Below, piece after piece: positions 1 through 10,309 of a DNA stretch of 47,889 bases (position 1 is the stretch's first letter; every line of letters starts with the position of its first letter). Under the pieces are notes generated by a model, which was not told the origin of the DNA, ran no database searches, and worked only from the letters and a program-made list of their open reading frames with translations. The stretch spans positions 1 through 47,889 of the forward strand of contig LT642166.1 in NCBI GenBank assembly GCA_900128585.1, read 5' to 3'. The translations under genes were made by a program, and so were the position numbers. This DNA is from Stramenopiles sp. TOSAG23-3 (lineage: Eukaryota).

Positions 1-733
1 AAAATTTATTGGTTGTCAAAAAAAAACCAACCAACCACTGTATTGTGGAATACGAGGGTGTATGTACAAATACCGTACGAGGATGTCGTCTATTCATTTT
101 TTTCTCCTTCTGACAGATGACTCAACAATTTTTAAAACCCCAAACAACAACCAACAAAAACACGCACGCACACAAATGGCCAACAAACCTTTCAATGTAA
201 TAATAAATAGTCTAGTAGATCAACAAATGGAACATTAAAATACGCCTCGATATTCTTATTACAACTAATAATTTTCATCCATTCACCTTATTACTACTTT
301 AGTAGACGTCTATATAATTAAGTAATCTAATATATAATAAAAGTACGAATAGTAGTAGTAATTTTCTCTCTCACTATTTTAGTGCTATTCCTACTTCCTG
401 GTACGGTACAGGTATTTACGAACTTGGTAATTCGAAGAGGAGGACTGTCGCCCGCCGGCCCATGGCCATGGCCCCCCATCCCCCATCATCCATCATGGCC
501 CATGGCCCATGGCCCATTCTTCTTCTCTCTCGTTCTCGTTCGTATCTTTGTGTTTAAAAAGTTCTTCTATGATGACGAGGTTAGATGTTCTATACATATT
601 CATTCGATGGTTGGCGTTGCTCTGGTGATTTTGTTGATGCAACAGGCTGTGATATCTTCACTTGTGTGTTCACTCATATACTACTTACGATAGCAATAGT
701 GTACGAAGTCAAAGTTTGGAGATAAAGGTGCTC

Positions 734-2362
734 ATGAAGTCAAAGTTTTTTAACAACAAGGCGACCGCCTTGTGCATGTTTGGTATTCTACTTTTGGTCT
801 CTATTCAAACGTCAAATAGTGAAAGGGTCTTCAAAGCCCACCGTGGCCTGCAATACGACAAGGAGGGAAGTGCATTTGGGACGCAAAAAAATAAGTTTGA
901 TTTTCTGGCCAAGGCTTTCCCAACGCCAACAGGTTCTGGGCGAACAAAGTTGCCGAAGCGCTTGTCAAGGAACGTCGTCGTTTTGAAACTGGTCTCTACT
1001 ACGAAAGAGCAAATAGAAGAAATAATTTTTAAGCGTAAGGCGGGCGCGGTGCTCATTCTGATCCCGAAAAACGTGGAGAAGTACCCACAGAAAGTTCTGG
1101 AGGAATGGAAAGGCATCGAACAGTGGCTGATGACCGAGAAGATCCCAACGTCTCTGTACTTTGCGGTTACCAACGACGAGCTGGAGGCCACGTACGAGAG
1201 ACTGTCAGGGGACGCCAACGGGCAGAACGAGGAGTTTCGAATAGTTTCAAAAGTTGCGCTACCAAAGAAAAAGATTGTCCCGAAGCTGAGCAACATCCAG
1301 GGGTGGCTATCGGGGGCATCGTTGTCGGGGGAAGTGGACGCGGACACCCTTGGCACCGTCGCCATCGTTGCGCACTACGATTCTTTCGGTGTCGCTCCGG
1401 GGCTTGCCCACGGCGGAGACAGTAATGGGAGCGGGGTCGCGGCTTTGTTAGAAATAGCACGCCTGTTTTCTGGGCTCTACGGCTCCGACGATGCGAAAGC
1501 CCCGTACAACATAGTGTTTGTATTGTCCGCGGCAGGCCACATAAATTATTCCGGTTCCCGGGAATGGCTCGCAAACAGCGACGTCCAACTTCTGGACTCG
1601 ATAGAATTTGCGTTGTGTATCGACAGCATTGGGATGGGGGACAAGGTGTTTATGCACTTGTCCAAGCCACGAAAAAGCAAGGCCATCAAGAAAGTCCTTA
1701 ATGCATTCTCCGTTGCCGCGAAACGGGTGGGGGTGGACTTTGAGACCGTTCATAAGAAGATTAATCTGGTCGAGCCACAGTTATCATGGGAGCACGAGCA
1801 GTTTGCACTCCGACAAATAGTCTCTGCAACTGTGTCCCGGTTTGCAACGCCGTCTTCCGATTCCTTCGCACGGGCGAGCATATTTGACACCCCCGCCAGC
1901 ATCGACTATTCGGCTTTGAATCGAAATATTCGATTCATTTCAGAAGCCTTATCGGTGTACATGTACGAGCCCGTGCAAAGGGTTTCCGGGACCACCATGC
2001 AGACAGTGATCCACCAGGCCTTGGACAGCGACAAAAACTACGTGAAGGCCTGGCTTGAAAGTTTTGGAAGAAACGCGCGGGGCCTGCTGGGTGATACGGA
2101 TGCGGGCGACTCCATCATTCCTGACTTGCAGAACGGGTTGGGGCAGTACGTCGAGGACACTGGCCTGCAGTCGTTCACGGTCGAAGAGACCGACGTAACG
2201 CCGTATGTATTTTACGGGCCACTCCACGTGGACATGTCCATATTTTTGGTGAAACCGGTAAGGTTTGATGTGATCTTCACGGCATTGACTACCACGTACT
2301 TGCTACTGCTCCACACGTACTTCCGAGGGTTTTCTTCGTTAACAAGCCTGTTTAAGAGTTGA
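734..2362 (+). CDS. NCLN: Nicalin (inactive M28 peptidase-like ER membrane protein)
   Basis: Signal-peptide-like N-terminus. Motifs AIVAHYDSFG, GGDSNGSGVAALLEIARLFS, FALCIDSIG, HKKINL, WEHEQF and a C-terminal TM helix after VKPVRFD match nicalin. First ATG of the ORF is at 734. Confidence 0.93.
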   Translation: MKSKFFNNKATALCMFGILLLVSIQTSNSERVFKAHRGLQYDKEGSAFGTQKNKFDFLAKAFPTPTGSGRTKLPKRLSRNVVVLKLVSTTKEQIEEIIFKRKAGAVLILIPKNVEKYPQKVLEEWKGIEQWLMTEKIPTSLYFAVTNDELEATYERLSGDANGQNEEFRIVSKVALPKKKIVPKLSNIQGWLSGASLSGEVDADTLGTVAIVAHYDSFGVAPGLAHGGDSNGSGVAALLEIARLFSGLYGSDDAKAPYNIVFVLSAAGHINYSGSREWLANSDVQLLDSIEFALCIDSIGMGDKVFMHLSKPRKSKAIKKVLNAFSVAAKRVGVDFETVHKKINLVEPQLSWEHEQFALRQIVSATVSRFATPSSDSFARASIFDTPASIDYSALNRNIRFISEALSVYMYEPVQRVSGTTMQTVIHQALDSDKNYVKAWLESFGRNARGLLGDTDAGDSIIPDLQNGLGQYVEDTGLQSFTVEETDVTPYVFYGPLHVDMSIFLVKPVRFDVIFTALTTTYLLLLHTYFRGFSSLTSLFKS

Positions 2363-2829
2363 GTGTTTGAGTGGCAGCTTAGGCCGACGAGGGCCAAGTT
2401 TGTCAAATTATTTTTTTAATCAAAAATTACTTCGTACGCACACATGTAGTATAATAGTAGCTTCATCTTGCTCGTACGGTTCTTCAGAATTACGTCTGCC
2501 ACAGCCTTGTCGGACGAATGCACGCACGCGCGCACGACTCCCGAAGCAGAATCGCAACGAAGACGTGAGTGATGTGCACCTGTTATTCTTCTACCTGTAA
2601 AATTAATATTATATATTGAGTAAAAAAACAAATATTATTGAGTAATAATTTGGTAATCTTATGTTTTAGTTTATACGCTTCCCGGAGGAAGTAGTTTCCT
2701 GAAATTTACAAACAATATTCAGTGCATAAAAATCCCTTGCTCGCCAGCGCAGGTGGCATGCATGCGCCACTGGTCTGTTTGAGCAGCGAAGTTCAGTACG
2801 TGAGCAGGTTGTTCGCCAGTCGCCTCAGT

Positions 2830-3315
2830 TTACGAGGAGGCAACTGTGTCGAAGTTCTCAACAAGTTCTGGGACATCGTCGTCATCATCGTCGTCGTCTT
2901 CGGCACCCGCGTCCTTCTTTTGGGAGTATGCCTCTGCTATCTTCTTCAAGTTTTGTAGGTTGTCTTGGCCAAGTTGGTTGATAATACCTGGAAGCAAGTC
3001 TTGGAGTGCTTTGGTTTCACTGTGACCGCTGACAACGTAGGTGTTTGCGCCAATATTCGCTTGCACTTTCGGGTTCTTAAAGTGGATGACATTGCCGTCG
3101 TCTTTGAATAGGTTCACTTCTTCGATCGCTGGAATATTATTAACACCCAATCGTTTCAAAGTTGCTTGCAATTTCTTGTCGTCGCTGTTGGACGATTTGT
3201 GGGATGCCTTCTTCTTTCTGCGTACAGAACCCTTTCCTCCTGTGCGTGTATTGGACGAAAAACGGGCTTTCATTTTAGCTCGGGCCGCGAGCACCGCAGC
3301 GTTCTGGTCACTCAT
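2830..3315 (-). CDS. BTF3: Nascent polypeptide-associated complex beta subunit
   Basis: RTGGKGSVRRKKK, DDKKLQATLKRLGVNNIPAIEEVNLFKDDG, LPGIINQLG and acidic DDDVPELVENFD tail. Confidence 0.97.
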   Translation of the reverse strand: MSDQNAAVLAARAKMKARFSSNTRTGGKGSVRRKKKASHKSSNSDDKKLQATLKRLGVNNIPAIEEVNLFKDDGNVIHFKNPKVQANIGANTYVVSGHSETKALQDLLPGIINQLGQDNLQNLKKIAEAYSQKKDAGAEDDDDDDDDVPELVENFDTVASS

Positions 3316-4082
3316 ATTTAAAAGTTAAACTATAATAAAATGTTGGTTATGTAAATAACTATTAATTTCTTGGATTCTGTGCGTCGAAGCCTTTCCGATT
3401 TCGTCGTCGCAATTGTTTTATCTTAATGATTGCACATTATCCACTTACCGTTCCGTAACCAAACGTCAAAACCTTTCTCCCTCCTCCCGTTCCTCCTCCT
3501 TTGCGTGTTGTGTTGAAAAAAAATAAAATAAATATTATTATTATTATTTTTTTTTCATTTTAATAATCGAATTCTACATGAATTAAGGACAATATTTAAA
3601 TTAATACAACAAATATTCCACATTTATGATATTATTATGTCCATATATAATAATTCTATTTCTTTTCTGTAGTATATATATAATTACTTAATTTTTGATG
3701 TTGGATCCCTTCAATGATTTTGTATCCTTCTCTTCTGCTTTCTTTTTCTTCTTTTTTTGATTCTCTTCGTTCACTCGATCTATTTTTCACATAAATAGTA
3801 CCATGCTGTGTGTATAGTAATAAGTACGTAGACGTATTCAAAAGGACAATATTAACTATTACTACATACTAATAACACCAATAATACTATTTCTATGTAA
3901 ATTAAAACATTGTTTCTTTTTTTTTTATTTCTAGCCACATTCAACATGGTAGTAGAAGGAGAACACAACAGGGACAGGGAATGAAGGATTATTAGGTTCT
4001 ATATGTAATTAGGGTTAGGGTTTGTGTGTGACTACTGGTTGTGGTGCAATGGGAGTGGTGTTGTCTTGTTGAATCCATTTGT

Positions 4083-4268
4083 TTAATTGTATTCCTATGT
4101 TAATTGTATTCCTATGTTAATCCTTTGTTAATTGTATTGTTGTTATTGTATTCCCATATACGAGGAGGAGTTCAAGAATTCGAAAAAGCGAAGAAGAAAA
4201 GAAAGTCAATCATTGAATACGAGGACTGGAACAGGCTGTAGGCTGTCGGCTGTAGGCCTGTAGGCTGT
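4083..4268. repeat. Short intergenic tandem repeats: 17-bp TTAATTGTATTCCTATG x2 (+ degenerate copies) and 7-bp AGGCTGT x5
   Basis: 17-mer copies at 4083 and 4100; 7-mer copies at 4233-4268, two of them imperfect. Confidence 0.8.
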
Positions 4269-5012
4269 AGTGGGTAGGTATAGTAGATAGGAAAAATATA
4301 ATATACTTTGACTATAGGGAATAGTACGAAGAACAGGCAGGGATCATTTTGAAAATGTACTTATTGCACGTATTACAATACTAAAACTAAAATATAAACA
4401 TCCAAAATTGATCTCAGAAGAAGAAGAATTATTTGATATCAACTCTTCCTCGTAATTCCCTATTTATTTAATAAAATAAAAAGAATAGAGAGAGAGTAAA
4501 GGACTAGTCAGTTGTAGTCTAGTTTAAACCTCCTTGTCTAAAATATCCAATGCTGTGTCTATATTGTATAAGTACTATTTCAAATACATGAGAATTGGGT
4601 GGCTGGCAAAACGATACTATTTAAGTACGAATAACTATAAGACACATTCCCTATTTAAAAATGAAAATCATATTAGTGTTAGAAATAAGGTATAGAAGAT
4701 ATATTTTATTATATTTTTATTTTTATATTGTTTTTTTCTTTTTTTGAATTTACTATTAATATTTATTATTATTAATTTTTTTATATTTTACAAAAAAAAT
4801 AGAAAAAAAAGAAAAATTAATAGGATCAAACACTGCATTGCATTACATTGGTTGTGTTGTATTGAAGAAGAAAGCAAAGTAGTAGAGATCAGTTCTGCAC
4901 GTTTTCTTAACTGAAGTATTGTAAACTGTATTTGAATGGAACGATTGTATTAACGGTTGGTGTGTTCCAATTCTGAGCTTGTGCTACTCATCTGTACCAT
5001 TAATTTGGAGAG

Positions 5013-6002
5013 ATGAACACCGCCGTCGCCCCTGGTTCTCCAGAGAGTGCCAGTGGTGTCGCTGGATCGCTGGTACAGCAAGCGAAAGCTCTCGCCTCGA
5101 AGCTCTCGAAAAGAACAGCTCCTTTGAACACAACGGGTAGCAGCAATGGACCCAGCTTAAGTCATTTAAAAATTTTGACCCGTCACTTTGCTGATTTGGC
5201 CGAACTGACCACGAGACTGGAGGGACAGAATGCCGGTTTGAAGTCGTCCTTGACCAAATCGTCACGAGAAGTCGAAAAATTAACGTTAGAAAACAATGCC
5301 TTAAAGCGGAAGCTGAAGGTTGCCGAAGCCTCGAAAAACAAGCACGAAAAAACATTAAGTGCCCTGTCGGCCGCGAAAGAACGCAATGGGAAGCTTCAGG
5401 CCGCTTTGAAGCAGTACACGGACAAGGCACTGCAGGTGTCGAAGCGGGCAAGGCAAGGGGAGAAAATGGTTATTAAACTGCAGAAATTGTGCACCCATCT
5501 CGTGCAAGAGTTGCGGGAGGCCTCGTCCCTGAACTCCCCAAATGGATCCGTTTACCCGAATAGCGCGACGCCCCAAGCATTGTACGAGGGTGGATTCAGA
5601 GACGTGCCGCACTTTGAACGATACATGGACCAAATGAAGGAGAGGAAGCAGATTAGAGAGGACATGCGCCAAAAGTCAAGAGCCGCGAAGAAACTGCCCG
5701 TTGCTGGAACGCCGCCAAGTGGAGACAGCGTAGACAAGGGCGGCGTAGAAACGGGTACAGGGGGGGGAGAAACGAAGGTAGCAGCAGAAACAGGAATGGA
5801 AGAAGAGGGGGGGGGTCAGGTCGAAGATAGTGTTGCCGAAGAAAGGCAAGCAGACGAGGAGTACAGGGAAATGTTGACCAACCACGTCCTTCAGTTGACT
5901 GAAAAATATAGAGGTATGATTCGTGCGGCCGCCAATACCAGCAGCGATGAAGACGAGGATCCAGAATCGAACCCAGCAATGCAGATAGACGGGGACGCCT
6001 AA
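5013..6002 (+). CDS. Hypothetical coiled-coil protein with acidic low-complexity C-terminus
   Basis: 329-aa ATG-started ORF, GC-richer than its flanks, with heptad-rich central region. Confidence 0.75.
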   Translation: MNTAVAPGSPESASGVAGSLVQQAKALASKLSKRTAPLNTTGSSNGPSLSHLKILTRHFADLAELTTRLEGQNAGLKSSLTKSSREVEKLTLENNALKRKLKVAEASKNKHEKTLSALSAAKERNGKLQAALKQYTDKALQVSKRARQGEKMVIKLQKLCTHLVQELREASSLNSPNGSVYPNSATPQALYEGGFRDVPHFERYMDQMKERKQIREDMRQKSRAAKKLPVAGTPPSGDSVDKGGVETGTGGGETKVAAETGMEEEGGGQVEDSVAEERQADEEYREMLTNHVLQLTEKYRGMIRAAANTSSDEDEDPESNPAMQIDGDA

Positions 6003-6143
6003 ATTGCGTTCTAATTAAAAAATGTATAATAAACCGATGTCATATTTAGAATTTTTTATAACTAGTGATAAATTTTATATGAATCTCTTTAAACTTAAGT
6101 TTAAAAAAGTTCTTTAACAATAACGTGCCCTATATTTTCGTTT

Positions 6144-7652
6144 TTAATCCGACGGTCTGCTGACGAACACGGCAAGAGTGCCCCAGACGCACAAAATGAG
6201 CCCCAAAACCACAAGAAAGCTGTTGAGGACGATCTCGAACAAACCCAGATTCTTCCAAAACATCTTCAAGTATGCGGCGCATGGAAATACAAGACTAACA
6301 AAACAAGAGCAAAAGGCACCCACAAACGCAACGACGTTTGCAAAATAGGGCAAGTAAACCGCGACAAAAAAGCACGTGGTCGACAGCAAGACTCTCACAA
6401 CGAAAGATCTCCAATCACAACATGCACCTTTTTCTGAATCATCGAAATCATCTTCACTGGCTTGGCCGAAGAAGGCCTCCTCTGCGATAAGCGCAACAGG
6501 ATTCATCGTCAACCCGAATTTGGTACACGGATTAATTGCAACGAGCCAAGTAGCAACTGTTGCCACGGATACGGCAACTGGGCTAACCCCTTCACCCTGG
6601 ACCGACTTTACAATGTTAAACGTTATCTCTTCCTTGACATTCTCGCCGTACATCATGTACCCTAGCGCCGCAATTGAGCCGTAGAATGAAAAACAAACAC
6701 AGTAAGATGTGTTCAAAACTCGGTTGTAATCTTTTGGGTCCGCCAAAGACAGCTTTATTGATGGGAAACAGGCGTGTCCAGCGAACCCTACCATTACCAG
6801 CCCGATGGCAAACGGCGCGGAGTTTATTGATGTAAAATCACGAGTCTCCGATGGATCTAAATACGACCCCCCAGAGTCGTTTTTGTTTTCCAATACCCCG
6901 CCTAAGTACACCACGGACAGGCACAAAAACGACGAAGCCAAAGTCCCAATGACCGAGAAGTACGAAAGGAAACTCAACCGTGATGTCAGCGCAGTTGGCA
7001 ACATCACCACCCCGCCCACCAACGTCCAGTAGAACTGTTTGTAATGCGGAAAGAGGGTGTGCAAGTTGTCTCCAGTCAATATCAAATACATCCCACATGC
7101 AGAAAAGAGTTCCAGAAAAAATATAATTGTGATCGTCCACTGGCCGACATTGCCAAAGGCAGCTTTTCCAATGTCCCCAAAAGACCGTATGTTTTCTGGG
7201 TCTTTGTCCATCATCCTGCCAATAAGTTTCCCCGTATAGTTTGTCACAGCGGTTAGGAACACAAGCAGACCAATGCCGACGTACCAACCTGCGGTCCGCA
7301 GTGCGTAAGGAAGGGACAGAACGCCGACCCCCAAGAGCAGGTTGATGCCATTAGCAGAAGCGCCGAAATAGCTCGAGCCAACAGGGGCCTCCTCAGAAAT
7401 GGCTTCGAGGTCGTCCATCGGAACATATTGTATTCCGTCATCCCTACCTCGCTCTTGTAAAGTTCTGTCTTGCCCGCCAATAGCCCTTTCCTGCCGAAGA
7501 GGACTTCGTCTGTATTTGCGGGATCTAGGCGTTTTTGCATTCGCCAAACCGGCAAGGGCATCTTCCACCCGCGGAGACAGCAGAGGCGGAAAGCTCTGGG
7601 CCGCATCAAGGGCGTCAATTTTTGTCAGCAAAGACCTGTTGGGAGACGCCAT
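6144..7652 (-). CDS. Amino-acid/auxin permease family (Aa_trans) transporter, AVT1/vacuolar-type
   Basis: NGINLLLGVGVLSLPYALRTAGW, FAGHACFPSI and about 11 hydrophobic segments. First ATG (MASPNR) is at 7652. Confidence 0.92.
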   Translation of the reverse strand: MASPNRSLLTKIDALDAAQSFPPLLSPRVEDALAGLANAKTPRSRKYRRSPLRQERAIGGQDRTLQERGRDDGIQYVPMDDLEAISEEAPVGSSYFGASANGINLLLGVGVLSLPYALRTAGWYVGIGLLVFLTAVTNYTGKLIGRMMDKDPENIRSFGDIGKAAFGNVGQWTITIIFFLELFSACGMYLILTGDNLHTLFPHYKQFYWTLVGGVVMLPTALTSRLSFLSYFSVIGTLASSFLCLSVVYLGGVLENKNDSGGSYLDPSETRDFTSINSAPFAIGLVMVGFAGHACFPSIKLSLADPKDYNRVLNTSYCVCFSFYGSIAALGYMMYGENVKEEITFNIVKSVQGEGVSPVAVSVATVATWLVAINPCTKFGLTMNPVALIAEEAFFGQASEDDFDDSEKGACCDWRSFVVRVLLSTTCFFVAVYLPYFANVVAFVGAFCSCFVSLVFPCAAYLKMFWKNLGLFEIVLNSFLVVLGLILCVWGTLAVFVSRPSD

Positions 7653-8484
7653 GGTACAGGCTTCTTGCAGTAATGAGATGATTAAAAATAAAACTTCACA
7701 CAGTTTGCAGACGAATGTATATCTGTGAAACAAATTTTTCTACTAACTAAAAAACAATATTTTGAATTATTAATCCATCATGGTTTCATGCAATAAAAAT
7801 CCGGAAACAAGTAGACGAGTACGAAGTAGTCTGTGTTGAGATAATATAATTCGAATTATTAGAAGAAGACGACTGACTATTATTATTTTATTATTTTTAT
7901 TAGAAAAAACGACAAACATATAGACACAGCAAAGGCATTTTCAAAAAAAAAGAAGTAGTAGTTTCTTCTCTTTTTTTCTTTCCTTCATTCGTTCCTTCGT
8001 TCCTTTTCAACCTTTATTCCTCGTATATTAATCCTTAATTCACTCCTTCTTATGTCCGTTTCACTTCTTCACTTCTTCTCTTCTTCTTTTTTCCTTTTTT
8101 TTAATTAATTTTTTTTTTATTTTTTTTTATCGATGATGATCTCATGTGTGTGAACAGATGATATTAATATCGAAAATTCGTACTTCGTCGTTTCATGTTT
8201 TTAGCAGCCTAATACAGCCATAGACAAATATTTCCTCTACTATTACTCGTATGTGTATATGAACTGTATTACGGTACATACCAACCTTCATTTACCAAGA
8301 GATCGTATATAAAGATGGAATATAAACATGATTATGACGATGTTCTGGGAATTATCAAATGTTAGTAAAAGAAGTGGTGGTTGAACTAGATTTAATCGTT
8401 TGCAAAGCATCCATATAATTTAATATTCTTGAACACCTCCCCGAGACACAAACCGTTCGTAGCCGCAGAAAATACGAAGTTTCA

Positions 8485-10113
8485 ATGGGAGCCGGTGCAA
8501 GTTCAGAGAGGACCTGCAAGGACATTACGAGGATGACTGCGGAGCAGCTGGCAGCGTTCGGGCAACAAAATAACGTAAATGCATACGTGCTGACAACGAT
8601 TGTAGAGCAGGATATTGACGGGCGGACAGCCTATCAGTTGGAAAATATTGATATGGTAGAACTATCGTCCGGAAACACAATTAAAGGGAAGAAACTTATA
8701 GCGGCGCTGAGGGATTTGAAACAATACCACCCGCTAGACTCACCCCAAGATGGAGAAAAACCATACTGGGACGAGCCAGCCACAGCTGCAAAGATACTCA
8801 TCCAATCGTCTTTGAGAAGCAGCATAAAGTTATGGGACGACAAGAAATTCAACCGTGTTTATGAAATATTTGACGACGTTGCCACACTGCTAATAAGCCG
8901 GCCAATGGAGCAAATTGCCATTGCCAAATTGGCGCTAGAGGACAGGGTTTCATTAGCTCAGAGCCGTGCAAACAAACGTGCAGAAAGTTCTCCGAAAAAA
9001 GCTGCAGTAATACTTCGCAAGGGTTTATTGTCCTATCTAAGATTGTTGATCGACGCAGTTGAAGGAGTGGACACACAAACCGAACTCGCAATTGTTACAA
9101 TCGAAAGGCAGAAAAATGCAACGCTTCAGAAACGTCTGAATGCAATGAAAAAAAAAATGCAAAGTATGGAAGAAATGCACAAACAAGAGATTTTGCGAAC
9201 AAGACAGGATGCCACCCAATCCGAAATCCGCGCCAACGAAAAATTGGAAAAAATGAAGAAGAAATGTAGAGATTTAAAAGCAACTAATGATCGACTTCAG
9301 AAAATCTTGACATCAGATAGACAGAAACCAGCATCATCATCGATTGGTTCCCCGAGTAGGAGAAACCACAAAGATTCTTCCTCTCCAAAAAAGCATACCA
9401 GCTCTGGGCAATACACACCGAGGGTCAATCGTGGCGGTGGGCCAAGATCTCCTGTGCGGCGCCGACCGCAAAGTGCAGGAAGTGGCAGCATGCATTCAAG
9501 TCGGAGAACGCCATCAAAGACGAGGCCATCGAGTGCAAAACAACCACAGTCCCCATCACCAACATCAAGAAAACGCCAAGCGCGTAGCCCCAGAAGAAAT
9601 ATTAAACCAAGCGACGAAGGGGGAAGTAAGAAAGCAGGCGTGGATAAAAAACGGCCCAACAGCAGAGCCACGAGTACCAAGGTGCCCGAAAAGAACATAG
9701 AAGAATTGAAAGAAACTAAAGAATCCTCAGCAAAACCCGTAACGCATAAGAAACAAAATGTTGAAAAGGACGTAATATATTTGAGAGGCGAAAGTGCGCA
9801 CGTCTTTAATGGATTCGTGGAATTGCTAAAAGAGCACATGCAGGACAATGCACACTTGGGAGAGGAAGGTGCACTTTTGGAAACCTTCAATGTTTTTGAT
9901 GAAGATGGTAGCGGCACAATTGATGTATGCGAACTGCACGAGGCCATAGTTGATCTAGGAACATCAGAGGATGGTACTGACGAAGTCTCACTTGAATCTG
10001 TTCGTGAAATCATGAACCACATCGATCTCGATGGAGTCGGAGAAATAAATTTCCCGCAGTTTAAGCGTGTTGTGTATACAACTGCAAAGAAACTCCCCCC
10101 TACTTCTTCGTAA
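8485..10113 (+). CDS. Predicted N-myristoylated protein with SAM-like N-terminus, coiled coil, Ser/Arg/Pro-rich linker and C-terminal EF-hand pair
   Basis: MGAGAS start (G2, S6); EF loops DEDGSGTIDVCE and DLDGVGEINFPQF. Confidence 0.85.
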   Translation: MGAGASSERTCKDITRMTAEQLAAFGQQNNVNAYVLTTIVEQDIDGRTAYQLENIDMVELSSGNTIKGKKLIAALRDLKQYHPLDSPQDGEKPYWDEPATAAKILIQSSLRSSIKLWDDKKFNRVYEIFDDVATLLISRPMEQIAIAKLALEDRVSLAQSRANKRAESSPKKAAVILRKGLLSYLRLLIDAVEGVDTQTELAIVTIERQKNATLQKRLNAMKKKMQSMEEMHKQEILRTRQDATQSEIRANEKLEKMKKKCRDLKATNDRLQKILTSDRQKPASSSIGSPSRRNHKDSSSPKKHTSSGQYTPRVNRGGGPRSPVRRRPQSAGSGSMHSSRRTPSKTRPSSAKQPQSPSPTSRKRQARSPRRNIKPSDEGGSKKAGVDKKRPNSRATSTKVPEKNIEELKETKESSAKPVTHKKQNVEKDVIYLRGESAHVFNGFVELLKEHMQDNAHLGEEGALLETFNVFDEDGSGTIDVCELHEAIVDLGTSEDGTDEVSLESVREIMNHIDLDGVGEINFPQFKRVVYTTAKKLPPTSS

Positions 10114-10309
10114 TTTAAAAGGAGAGACGAAGAGAATCAGAGGAGGATGCACAGCTGTAAATGAACTTCTCCCGGTACTTTTTTAATTGCAACATACCCA
10201 ATTACAGGGTGCTATACCCAGTAAGAATTTAACGTACTTGTGTATGATAGCTTAAGATTAGTTAATACCAACACATGGTATTGCGCGATCAAATTAGATT
10301 TTTCACCTC

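Noticed and set aside
382-693. 103-aa ORF upstream of nicalin
   Set aside because: GTG start; translates promoter micro-repeats; no recognisable protein features.
734-3315. Nicalin-BTF3 adjacency as a co-translational targeting gene cluster
   Set aside because: Convergent orientation with no shared promoter; adjacency of housekeeping genes in a compact genome is likely coincidental.
5440-5520. KLQKLCTHL resembling the taxilin LEKLCRAL motif, next to the NAC-beta gene
   Set aside because: A single short match within a generic coiled coil; not enough to call taxilin.
9297-10022. Long antisense ORFs (e.g. 9297-10022, 21102-21806, 805-1365)
   Set aside because: Shadows of well-supported genes on the opposite strand with no domain signal.
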